The notes under the pieces are model-generated. The model ran no database searches. It saw only the letters and a list, made by a program, of their open reading frames with translations, and had not been told where the DNA came from. Positions 20,032-29,299 of a stretch of 64,000 bases of DNA are shown here, one piece after another (the stretch's first letter is position 1; every line of letters begins with the position of its first letter). Source of the stretch: an uncultured virus (IMG/VR IMGVR_UViG_3300000302_000058) (Duplodnaviria; Heunggongvirae; Uroviricota; Caudoviricetes); the IMG/VR virus record IMGVR_UViG_3300000302_000058. The stretch is one strand, 5' to 3'. The translations under genes and the position numbers were made by a program.

Positions 20032-20121
20032 ATGCTTAAAGCGATAAGTAAAAATCGCTTGGGGGGGGGCAATAGCTCTCTAAGTCTAAGCGATTTCTTC
20101 AAGGTGGTGATTTTTCAGTGA
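20032..20121 (+). CDS. 29-aa leader peptide containing a G9 tract
   Basis: SD gaaagga (20014-20020), ATG 20032, MLKAISKNRLGGGNSSLSLSDFFKVVIFQ*; stop overlaps next start (GTGA). Confidence 0.6.
   Translation: MLKAISKNRLGGGNSSLSLSDFFKVVIFQ
20061..20069 (+). repeat. G9 homopolymer (candidate contingency locus)
   Basis: ttGGGGGGGGGcaat. Confidence 0.85.
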
Positions 20122-20561
20122 GAGATTTAACTAAACTGAAAGTCCGCACCGGTTCAGGGTATGAAAGTTTTTGTCCATATCCAATTGGAGGCATCTATAT
20201 CAGCTATCTTAATACTTCTCCAGCCTCTATTTGGGGTGGTTCTTGGACTCAATTAGGAAATGCACTTGTCGCTTTTGCAGGTGTATCAGATGGACAAAGC
20301 GGATATGCTTCGCCGCAGACTATCGATGGCTCTCTATATATTAGTGTAGACCAAATGCCTACACACGCGCACAGTTTAACTGAAACGGTATTAGGTTATG
20401 ATGCCGGTAAACGCAACTTTGCTTCTGGCTCAACTTACACTTATGGTAGCCGGTCTAATGTCGCAACCAGCGGTGTAGGTGGGGGGGGCAATTCATCCCA
20501 CGCCACCAGTCTTTCTATGCTTGGAGACGCACTGCGTAAACTCTTGCGAGGTGATAAATAA
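20118..20561 (+). CDS. Fibre-tip/baseplate-type paralogue 1, frameshifted at G8 (family C-terminus ends at 20539 in another frame)
   Basis: YPIGGIYISY...SPASIWGGSW...QMPTHAH; alternate frame after G8 reads QFIPRHQSFYAWRRTA*. Confidence 0.8.
   Translation: MRDLTKLKVRTGSGYESFCPYPIGGIYISYLNTSPASIWGGSWTQLGNALVAFAGVSDGQSGYASPQTIDGSLYISVDQMPTHAHSLTETVLGYDAGKRNFASGSTYTYGSRSNVATSGVGGGGNSSHATSLSMLGDALRKLLRGDK
20481..20488 (+). repeat. G8 homopolymer (candidate contingency locus)
   Basis: ggtGGGGGGGGcaat. Confidence 0.85.
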
Positions 20562-21007
20562 TGTCTCACCTCAAATATAAAAAAGACGGCAGCTGGATAG
20601 ATTATGCCACTGATATATATCCAGTGGGGAGTGTGTATCTGACTTATACGACTGAGAGTCCTGCAAATTTATTCGGCGGTACATGGACAAGAGTCGGTGA
20701 CTCGTTAGATGAAGGCGGTTTGATAGGTTTCTACTGTCAATCATCAAAAAATGAGGGTGGATACGATTCTGTTGGGGCTATGGCAGGTTGGACCCAGATT
20801 TCGTCAAGCCATATGCCTTCCCACCGACACCAGATAACTCTAACCAAAGACGCTTTTGGAGTGTCTGGCGCTGGAAATTATGTTCTTATGGATAGTACAC
20901 AAAGAAATCCGCTTACTTCTACAGGGCAATATACATCCAGTGTTGGTTCATCACAGGCTTTTTATCCTAGACACGTAACCGTTTACATGTGGAGAAGAAC
21001 AGCTTAG
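20561..21007 (+). CDS. Fibre-tip/baseplate-type paralogue 2
   Basis: IYPVGSVY...SPANLFGGTW...HMPSHRH...YMWRRTA. Confidence 0.8.
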   Translation: MSHLKYKKDGSWIDYATDIYPVGSVYLTYTTESPANLFGGTWTRVGDSLDEGGLIGFYCQSSKNEGGYDSVGAMAGWTQISSSHMPSHRHQITLTKDAFGVSGAGNYVLMDSTQRNPLTSTGQYTSSVGSSQAFYPRHVTVYMWRRTA

Positions 21008-21047
21008 ATTAGCAAATAGTATAATCCTTTCAGAAAGGATTTATTAT

Positions 21048-21521
21048 ATGGCTAATATTTATTATAAAAATGGAAGTAGCTGGACAAGCCTTTTGTCTAT
21101 AATTTATCCAGTAGGAAGTATATATATTACCATTAATGATACAAGTCCTGCTAATTTGGTAGGAGGAACATGGAACGAATTAAAAGGGCGTTACTATCTT
21201 CGTAGCTATACTGAGTCTGATACAGGGTACGATGACCCGGGTACTACTGGTGGCTCTAATTATATCACAGTTAAACATCTACCTTCACACACTCACGGTA
21301 TGTCTTCCAGTGGTGCTCATAAACATTCTGTATATTATTCTTCAAATGGTACACGCAGTGGCAGCTATTGGCAGGCTAATACTGAATTAGGGTCAGATGG
21401 AACTTCTACTTCATTTATGAAGGAATCCAGTGCTCACACACACACTATTACCGCTACAGGCGACGGAGAAATCTATCTTCCTGCGTATTACGTTGTTCAC
21501 ATATGGAGACGTACTTCTTAA
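21048..21521 (+). CDS. Fibre-tip/baseplate-type paralogue 3
   Basis: IYPVGSIY...SPANLVGGTW...HLPSHTH...HIWRRTS. Confidence 0.8.
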   Translation: MANIYYKNGSSWTSLLSIIYPVGSIYITINDTSPANLVGGTWNELKGRYYLRSYTESDTGYDDPGTTGGSNYITVKHLPSHTHGMSSSGAHKHSVYYSSNGTRSGSYWQANTELGSDGTSTSFMKESSAHTHTITATGDGEIYLPAYYVVHIWRRTS

Positions 21522-21529
21522 TTTCTTTT

Positions 21530-21560
21530 AGAGGGAATCTTTAGATTCCCTCTTTTTTTT
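21530..21560 (+). terminator. Rho-independent terminator
   Basis: agagggaatct / agattccctct plus T-run. Confidence 0.8.
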
Positions 21561-21563
21561 ATT

Positions 21564-21608
21564 GGGCAAAAGCAATAAAATCTTGGTTTAGATTTTTCAT
21601 AGTAATAT
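21564..21608 (+). promoter_or_regulatory. Putative phage-specific promoter
   Basis: gggc aaaagcaata aaatcttggt ttagattttt catagtaata. Confidence 0.55.
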
Positions 21609-21648
21609 AGATTATGACCATACAAGACAAGAAGGGAGAAAAGGCATT

Positions 21649-22242
21649 TTGGACGCTGTTACTACCCTTCTATCTCAATTATCTATAGAAGGAATTATTC
21701 TTGTTATAGTTCTTTTCGCGGTTGCTGTCAAGTTCTTAGGCGAGCTTTTTGAATATCTTTATACCAAACTAAAGAAGTATTTTGATATTAAAGACGCTAA
21801 AGAAGAGCAGCATGAAGAGATTATGAACAAGCTAAACGCCCTAGAGACTCGTTCTGTCAAACAGGAAGAGCGTAGCGAACATCGCCAAGCTCAAGTTGAC
21901 AAGATAAGTAAACAGCTAGACGAGCAAGACCGTAAGAGTGCTAATTTACAACTAACGCTAGAGAACCAAACCAAGGAAATCTCTAGCCTCAAATCACAGA
22001 TTGGCACTTTGACAGAACGAACGCAAGACTCAACTCGTGCTTATTTGATAGATAAACATCACCACTTTTGCTATCAGATTCACGGTATTGACGATATGTC
22101 TCTTCAGGATATGGAGAGACGTTTTATGTATTACAAGGCAGCTGGCGGCGATACTTTTATTGACGGTTTAATGGAAGAGGTTCGTGCTTTGCCACGCCTT
22201 ACCTTAGAACATATGTCGGGTCAGATTAGAAAGGAGAACTAG
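21649..22242 (+). CDS. Membrane protein with coiled coil (holin-associated type)
   Basis: N-terminal TM helix, coiled coil, C-terminal YKAAGGDTFID...LP. Confidence 0.55.
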   Translation: MDAVTTLLSQLSIEGIILVIVLFAVAVKFLGELFEYLYTKLKKYFDIKDAKEEQHEEIMNKLNALETRSVKQEERSEHRQAQVDKISKQLDEQDRKSANLQLTLENQTKEISSLKSQIGTLTERTQDSTRAYLIDKHHHFCYQIHGIDDMSLQDMERRFMYYKAAGGDTFIDGLMEEVRALPRLTLEHMSGQIRKEN

Positions 22243-22887
22243 ATGCCCGCAGAACTTAAAGATTTCGTGGTCAATCTAAAATCCCTTTCTCAGGATATAG
22301 AAGACCCTATCATTCAAGGCGGTGGCGATGCCAATGGCCGCACACTCAGAATCATCTTCACTCAAGAAGCCGCAGACATGTTCACTCCATATACCAAAGT
22401 CTATCTCTATTGGAATCATCAACAGCTAAAGACTTACGGAGTGAACGTCTTTACCAAAGTTTCTAAGGACGAAAGTTGTTTTAATCCTCCCGTTTGGGAA
22501 ATTCACTGGCCTAAAGCGATGTTGCACGAGGGCGATGTTCTTTGTTGCATTAAGCTCGTAGATGATATTTCAATCTCTCCTTCTAACAACTTCCTAGTTC
22601 ACGTTCTTCAAGACCCGAACGACGGAAGTTCTTTTGTTGTGGGGGATGATTATAGTATCTTTGACAAAGCTGTTATCGAAATGAACGCTGCTACTCAAAA
22701 AGCCCAAGAGCAATTAGAGAAACAGCAAGAAGAATTTGAAGCTATGCGGCAAGAGTTTACCACCTTAAAAGATGATGTTCAGACTGCGCTAGATAAATCT
22801 AACGAAGCCTATGATATGGCTCAACAGGCATTGGAAGCGGTACAAGGAGATTTGACCGCTTTTGGTGTATATATGACAGAATACTAA
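22243..22887 (+). CDS. BppU-like (baseplate upper) N-terminal domain protein
   Basis: GDANGRTLRIIF motif plus C-terminal coiled coil. Confidence 0.5.
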   Translation: MPAELKDFVVNLKSLSQDIEDPIIQGGGDANGRTLRIIFTQEAADMFTPYTKVYLYWNHQQLKTYGVNVFTKVSKDESCFNPPVWEIHWPKAMLHEGDVLCCIKLVDDISISPSNNFLVHVLQDPNDGSSFVVGDDYSIFDKAVIEMNAATQKAQEQLEKQQEEFEAMRQEFTTLKDDVQTALDKSNEAYDMAQQALEAVQGDLTAFGVYMTEY

Positions 22888-22907
22888 TTAAGCAGAAAGG
22901 AGAGTAA

Positions 22908-24004
22908 ATGCCCGATAAGATTGTACGTTTTTTCCACGGCGCTGAAGATGATATTGATACCAAGCTCGGCGATGGTACTATCAACGAATCAGACCTAGTT
23001 ATCACTACTAACGATAAACTAATCTACATTGACGAAAACAAGTCTAAGCACATTCTTGGCAACGGCGAAGGTGGAGATACAGAAACCACAGAAGAACACG
23101 AAGTTCAGCTGGGCACGGGCGGTTCAATCGGAGGTCTAGAAACGGGTGATACTATTCCCGTTGGAACAAGCCTTGACGAACTAATTAAGATGCTTACTCA
23201 AAAGGCAGTACCTCCTACTTACACTCAGCCCGGTGTAACTCTTCGTAACTCTGCGGGTCAAGCCGCTGGTGCTTACGAAGTGGNNNNNNNNNNNNNNNNN
23301 NNNNNNNNNNNNNNNNNNNNNNNNNNNNNNNNNNNNNNNNNNNNNNNNNNNNNNNNNNNNNNNNNNNNNNNNNNNNNNNNNNNNNNNNNNNNNNNNNNNN
23401 NNNNNNNNNNNNNNNNNNNNNNNNNNNNNNNNNNNNNNNNNNNNNNNNNNNNNNNNNNNNNNNNNNNNNNNNNNNNNNNNNNNNNNNNNNNNAGACCACA
23501 GACGCGCAGAACTTCCAGCTTACCGATGGCTCTGTTACTTTCTATGCTACTGCCACTTACGGCGATGGTCAAATCAAGAATGACAACCTTGGTCAGCCTT
23601 CTCCCGAAGGACAGATTAAAGCTGATTCTAAGAACAGCGCCAATTTTGTTTTTACCGGTCAACGTAACATGTTCTACGGTACTGGTGTTGGTGCAGCTCC
23701 AGAAGCTTCTTCTGAGAGTGTTCGTGGACTATCCGGCACAAAGCTCAATCCTACACAAGGATATAGTTTCAACATTACTGTAGCACAAGGACAGCAGTTT
23801 GTCCGTATCGCTTACCCTGCTACTCTCCGCAAGATTACAAAGTGCTTCTACGTTGAGCAGAACACCGACCTTGCTGAGAACTTTGCGGAGACTACTGTTT
23901 CTGTAAACGGTGCTAATGGTGCGGCTGGTGCTGATTATCGCGTGCTTACTTACGAGATGGCTGTTCCTGCTGCCGCCGCAATGACTCTACAGGTACAGAT
24001 TTAA
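22908..24004 (+). CDS. Fibre/structural protein spanning an N gap
   Basis: Post-gap frame TTDAQNFQ...KNDNLGQP...GQRNMFYG is continuous with ORF 23669..24004. Confidence 0.65.
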
Positions 24005-24024
24005 GGAAAGGGAGGTAAATACTT

Positions 24025-25308
24025 ATGGCTATTGATGCAAAGAATCTTGTAGTTGCTGCTAAGGTATACAGCCGTGGTGTCGCTCTCCCTCTTGACGCTT
24101 CTTCTGTATACGAGTCTCTTGGTGACGCTCAAACTTACGCAAAGAATCCTATTGCTTACGCTGGTCAGGTAATTACCGTCAAAGAGGGCGAGAAGTACAA
24201 TGCCTACATCCTTGACGGCGATGCTGGTGCTTACACTCTAAGTAAAGTCGGTGTTGACGCTTCTGCGGTCAAGAACTACGTTCAGGTAGTTTCCAGTCTT
24301 CCCGGCAGCGGTCAAGAGCAGGGTGTTATCTACATTAACACCACAGATTCTAAGGGTTATATCTATGATGGCTCTGAGTTCCAAGTAATCTTCGAGGATG
24401 TTACCAACGAAGAAGGACAAAGCCTTTCTGAGCAACTTGCGGCTATTGATACTAAATTCAGTAACTACGCGCCACTAGCGGGTGCTACATTCACCGGTAC
24501 CGTTACTCTCGCCGCAGACCCTCAGAATAACCTAGAAGCCGTAACCAAGCAGTACGTTGACCGCCTAGTTGCTGGTATCAACGACTTCACTGTAGGCGTT
24601 GTTGATTCCTCTACTCCTCTTCCTGCTACTGATTACAAGGTTGGTCAGACCTTCCGCGTTGCTGAAGCTGGCACCTATGCTGGTGTAGAGTGCGAGGCTG
24701 GCGATTTAATCATTGTTATCAAGGATTACGCAGCTGATGGTGCTTCTAACTCTGACTTCCTAGTTGTTCAGGCTAACGTTGACGGTGCTGTCACTGGCCC
24801 TGATGCTTCTACTGATGCTAATATCGTTGTCTTTGATGGGGCTACTGGACGCAAGATTAAGGACTCTACTGTAACTATTGCTAGTGTTCAGGATGCTATC
24901 GCAAAGGCGCACGAGCACGCTAACAAGGTAATTCTTGATAGCTTTACGAAGAACGAAACTCAGCTTCTTGGCGAAGTTGATTCCAAGATTTCTACTGCTC
25001 TTGAGAACGTTCCTACCAATGATGACCTTGCGGATTATGTCACAACTGAGACATATAATACCAAGATGGGTCAACTTGATAGCTCTATCTCCACTCTCCA
25101 AACAAATCTTAACACTAAGATTACCGCTGCCGACCTTGCTAACAAGATTGGCGAGATTGGTGAAGGCACAACCGTTAAGGAGTATGTTGACACTGCGGTT
25201 GGTTCTGGCGGTGCCGATGTTGCTCAGCAAATCCTAGAAGCGAAGCAAGAAGCTATTCAAACTGCTAAAACATATACTGACACAGCACTTACGATTGTTG
25301 AATTCTAG
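24025..25308 (+). CDS. Fibre/structural protein
   Basis: APLAGATFTG...AVTKQYVD fibre motif. Confidence 0.7.
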   Translation: MAIDAKNLVVAAKVYSRGVALPLDASSVYESLGDAQTYAKNPIAYAGQVITVKEGEKYNAYILDGDAGAYTLSKVGVDASAVKNYVQVVSSLPGSGQEQGVIYINTTDSKGYIYDGSEFQVIFEDVTNEEGQSLSEQLAAIDTKFSNYAPLAGATFTGTVTLAADPQNNLEAVTKQYVDRLVAGINDFTVGVVDSSTPLPATDYKVGQTFRVAEAGTYAGVECEAGDLIIVIKDYAADGASNSDFLVVQANVDGAVTGPDASTDANIVVFDGATGRKIKDSTVTIASVQDAIAKAHEHANKVILDSFTKNETQLLGEVDSKISTALENVPTNDDLADYVTTETYNTKMGQLDSSISTLQTNLNTKITAADLANKIGEIGEGTTVKEYVDTAVGSGGADVAQQILEAKQEAIQTAKTYTDTALTIVEF

Positions 25309-25321
25309 GAGCTGATGTAGT

Positions 25322-25750
25322 ATGTCCGCAATTGTAAAGTTTTATTACACTGTAAACTCAAAGCTTGCTGAGTTGCCTATTGTGGACGGTCAAGTAATCT
25401 TTGTATCTGATACAAAGAAGTTTTATTTAGACATGAACGGGCTAAGACTTGGGTACTCTGATATTCAAGTCTTAGCCGCTGAATCTGATAGAACGTCTAT
25501 ATTGGCTCCAACTGAGGGATTCTATTTTGTTGACGAGACTAATGTTCTATGGCGCTACAAGGGTGGGTGGAAGCAAGTTACACCAACTAATACAGCGCCA
25601 GTTATTTTTCTAGAGTATGAGGATTTTCCTCCAACAGGCAAAGAGAATACCTTATATGTCACAAGCGACGCAACTTACAAGTGGGATGTACTAACATCTG
25701 CCTATATATGTATTGCAAATAAAACAGAATGGAAAGAATTAGGAGAGTGA
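25322..25750 (+). CDS. Small fibre-associated protein
   Basis: VKFY...DGQVIFVSD N-terminal module; FPPTGKENTLYV motif. Confidence 0.65.
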   Translation: MSAIVKFYYTVNSKLAELPIVDGQVIFVSDTKKFYLDMNGLRLGYSDIQVLAAESDRTSILAPTEGFYFVDETNVLWRYKGGWKQVTPTNTAPVIFLEYEDFPPTGKENTLYVTSDATYKWDVLTSAYICIANKTEWKELGE

Positions 25751-25757
25751 TAACTAG

Positions 25758-27470
25758 ATGGCTCTAGTCAAATTTGTTCGTGGTACTGCCGAGCAGTTTG
25801 TAACTCTTGACAGTAAAAACCAAGATACGCTTTATATTATCACAGATGAACAGCGTTTATATCTTGGCGATAAGTGTATTTCTGGCGGTATTTATACTTC
25901 TGTGCCTTCACTTCCCGGCACAGGCGCTCCAAATACCCTTTATCTAAATACTACTGATGGTTCTGTTTCCTATTGGAACGGTACTGGTTATACAACTCTA
26001 GTCAAGCCTAGCGCTACTGCTATCTCTAATGGTAGCACTCATAATCAGTTCGCTACCGCCAAAGCGGTTTATGACTATGTAACCTCTCAAATCTCTGACT
26101 TAGACGTATCTGCGCTTGCCGGTCGTGTTTCCACCCTCGAAGGACAGATGGGTACTGTTCAGGGTCAAATCGCTACAATCAATGGCGAGGGCGAAGGCTC
26201 CATCAAGAAAGCTGCTTCTGACGCTCAGACTGCTGCTATCGCTGCTGCTAAGTCTTATACTGACGGAGAAGTAGCTAAGAAAGCCAATCTTGAGCACACT
26301 CACGAGATTGATGATGTAACTGGTCTACAGGGCGCTCTTGATGGTAAAGCTAATGCTACTCACACTCACACTACTGCTCAAGTAGATGGTCTTGACACTG
26401 CCCTAGCCGGTAAGGCTGATAAGTCTACTACACTAGCAGGATATGGCATTGGTGACGCTTATACCAAGGGTCAAACTGATTCTGCCATTGCCACTGCTGT
26501 TGCCGCTGCTCCGCACCTAAAGCGCTCTATCGTAGAAGACCTTCCTGACGCGGGTTCTGCTGACCAGAATACCATCTATATGGTTGGTACTGGTGCTGGC
26601 TCTGAAGATTCTGCTTACGAAGAGTATATGCTTATCAACGGTGCCTTTGAAAAAATTGGCAGCTCTAAGGTAGACCTTACAAACTATGCTGAGAAAACTT
26701 ATGTTGATGCTGCTAAACAAGAGGCTATTTCTACTGCCGCTGGCGATGCTACTACTAAAGCCGATGCCGCCGAACAAAATGCTAAGACCTACGCAGATGG
26801 TCTAATTGCTGGTCTTGATGTTGCTGATACCGCTGTTGCTAATCAGTACGTCTCTCAAGTAGTTGAGACTGACGGTAAGATTGCTGTTACTCGCGCACCT
26901 CTTCCTGTTACTTCTGTAACTGAAGGTTCTGCTAACGGTACCATCGCTGTCAACGGCGCAGATGTAAATGTTCACGGTCTTGGTTCCGCAGCCTACACTG
27001 AATCTTCTGCTTACGATGCTGCTGGTGCTGCTGCTGCTGCTGTTGCCGCCCTCGATAAAGCTGACTCTGCTCAGGAAGGACAGTACGTTAGTGCTGTAAG
27101 CCAAGAGAACGGTGTAATTACTGTTACTCGCGCTCAACTACCAACTGCTCCTGAAATTACTGAGGGTTCTGCTAACGGTACTATCGCTGTCGGCGGTGAA
27201 GACGTAAAAGTTCACGGACTAGGCTCTGCTGCCTTTACTGAGAGCGGCGCTTATGCTACTGCGGCTCAGGGTACAAAAGCTGATACTGCTCTACAGAAAG
27301 CTGATATTGCTAGTGGTTCTGCTAATGGAACTATCGCAGTAAAAGGCACTGATGTTGCGGTTAAGGGACTTGGAACAGCTGCTTATACCGCTTCTACAGC
27401 TTACGCAACTGCCGCACAGGGCACAAAAGCTGACGAAGTTTATGCTGCTCTAACTTGGGGAACTATCTAA
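25758..27470 (+). CDS. Fibre protein with internal repeats
   Basis: HTH...VTGLQ.ALDGK repeats; three GSANGTIAV.G.DV.V.GLG.AA repeats. Confidence 0.75.
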   Translation: MALVKFVRGTAEQFVTLDSKNQDTLYIITDEQRLYLGDKCISGGIYTSVPSLPGTGAPNTLYLNTTDGSVSYWNGTGYTTLVKPSATAISNGSTHNQFATAKAVYDYVTSQISDLDVSALAGRVSTLEGQMGTVQGQIATINGEGEGSIKKAASDAQTAAIAAAKSYTDGEVAKKANLEHTHEIDDVTGLQGALDGKANATHTHTTAQVDGLDTALAGKADKSTTLAGYGIGDAYTKGQTDSAIATAVAAAPHLKRSIVEDLPDAGSADQNTIYMVGTGAGSEDSAYEEYMLINGAFEKIGSSKVDLTNYAEKTYVDAAKQEAISTAAGDATTKADAAEQNAKTYADGLIAGLDVADTAVANQYVSQVVETDGKIAVTRAPLPVTSVTEGSANGTIAVNGADVNVHGLGSAAYTESSAYDAAGAAAAAVAALDKADSAQEGQYVSAVSQENGVITVTRAQLPTAPEITEGSANGTIAVGGEDVKVHGLGSAAFTESGAYATAAQGTKADTALQKADIASGSANGTIAVKGTDVAVKGLGTAAYTASTAYATAAQGTKADEVYAALTWGTI

Positions 27471-27492
27471 TCTGACGTAAAAGGAGAAAAGT

Positions 27493-28317
27493 ATGGCTCA
27501 AGAGTCAAAAGTTACTTTTTATAAAGGTACCCAAGAGCAATATAATTCTCTATCTGCTGCCGATAGTAACGGCATTTATTTCTTGAGCGATACGAAATCC
27601 ATTTATCAAGGTGATACGAAATATGGTGGTGGAGATGACATTGAGATTGCCACCTCCACCACTGCTGGTATTGTAAAACCCGGTACGGATTTTGATATTG
27701 CCGCAGATGGTACCTTATCTTTATATCAACCAATTAATATTACTTCTTTTTCTAGCAATGTTTCAACCCAAGAGAAAGGAGCAAAAGTAGAATCTGTTAC
27801 TCTCTCTTGGAACTGGAATAAAACTCCTGCTTCACAAACTCTAAAGAAGGGGACTGATTCCTATAGCATCGCCGCAAGTGACAAGACAAAGACAATTTCT
27901 TTCTCTGGGCCTGCGGCTTTGACTACTAATACAACGTTTACTTTGACCGCAACCGATGCTAGAAGCGCAAGCGACTCACAGTCTACGACTATTCAATTCT
28001 TGAATGGTCGTTATTATGGTATTGGGAACATTACAGACCCAGACCAATGCGACAACGCTTTTATACAAGGATTGACTAAAACGCTTGCGTCTTCCCGCAC
28101 AACTTCTTTTAATGTTACGGCTGGTAGCGGACAATATATTTATTTTGCTATTCCATCTTCTTTTGGAACTCCTTCATTCTTTGTTGGAGGATTCGAAGGT
28201 GGATTTGATTTGTTTAAGACTTTCTCTTATACGAATCTTTCTGGATACGCAGAATCTTATACTGTATATAAAAGCACAAATCCAAACCTAGGTTCTACGA
28301 CTGTGGAGGTGAAATAA
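27493..28317 (+). CDS. Fibre-associated protein
   Basis: AGIVKPG...ADGTLS fibre motif; Ig-like middle; C-terminal GQYIYFAIP...GGFEGGF. Confidence 0.65.
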   Translation: MAQESKVTFYKGTQEQYNSLSAADSNGIYFLSDTKSIYQGDTKYGGGDDIEIATSTTAGIVKPGTDFDIAADGTLSLYQPINITSFSSNVSTQEKGAKVESVTLSWNWNKTPASQTLKKGTDSYSIAASDKTKTISFSGPAALTTNTTFTLTATDARSASDSQSTTIQFLNGRYYGIGNITDPDQCDNAFIQGLTKTLASSRTTSFNVTAGSGQYIYFAIPSSFGTPSFFVGGFEGGFDLFKTFSYTNLSGYAESYTVYKSTNPNLGSTTVEVK

Positions 28318-28320
28318 TAA

Positions 28321-29272
28321 ATGCCTATTACAGTCATTGATAAGATAAAGCAAAAGAATAATCAAGATTTTAAATTGCTTGACGCTTCTGATATTAACTG
28401 GGATGTAGACATTCCCTCTAGTTCGTTGCCAGATGATGTTTATACAAAGACGCAAACCGATGCTGCTATCGCTTCTGCGGTTGCTGGTGCTGGGCACTTA
28501 TCACGAAGCGTGGTTGAAGCTCTTCCTCCAACAGGAAAAGACAATGTAATTTATATGGTATCTAAGCCTGACGGTGGCTCTCAAAACGTCTATGAAGAAT
28601 ATATGTATATTAATGGACAATTTGAGAAAATTGGCACATCAGAAGTTGATTTATCTAACTATGTCACTAACGCCGGTTTAACCAGCCGACTAGAAGGGTA
28701 TGCTACTACTGAGTCTCTTGATAACTACTTGACAAAAGAAGCAGCTAGTTCTACGTATCTTACAGAGGGGGATTTGGNNNNNNNNNNNNNNNNNNNNNNN
28801 NNNNNNNNNNNNNNNNNNNNNNNNNNNNNNNNNNNNNNNNNNNNNNNNNNNNNNNNNNNNNNNNNNNNCTGATTACGCTACTTCTTCCTCCCTACAAGAG
28901 ACTTTGACACAAGCTAAGCAATACGCAGACAGTCAAGATGCTACGACGCTACAAGCAGCTAAAGCTTACACTGATACAGAAAAAGCTAAGTATCTTCCTC
29001 TCGCCGGTGGCACTATGACAGGAACAATTACTGGGCTTCCTAATCCAAGTAATAATACAGATGTTGCGACAAAAGAGTATGTAGACTCTGTTGCCGCAGG
29101 TGTTACTCCAAGCGATATGTTAACCGCTGAAGAGATTACCACTGGTAGCACTAATGGTACAATTGCTGTAGAGGGTACAGATGTTGCAGTTAAGGGGCTT
29201 GGGACAGCTGCTTATCTTAACTCGGAAGATTTGCTTAATTCTAACGACCTAGTTTGGAATTCTATTCAGTAG
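28321..29272 (+). CDS. Fibre protein spanning an N gap
   Basis: Shares modules with 25758..27470 on both sides of the gap; YLPLAGGTMTG...ATKEYVD. Confidence 0.65.
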
Positions 29273-29299
29273 ATATATTAAATAAAAGGAGAGTGAAAA

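Noticed and set aside
20118..21521. Diversity-generating retroelement or invertible shufflon acting on the tip genes
   Set aside because: No reverse transcriptase, no TR/VR pair differing at adenines, no recombinase and no inverted cassettes seen in the window; the paralogues are co-oriented and diverged throughout.
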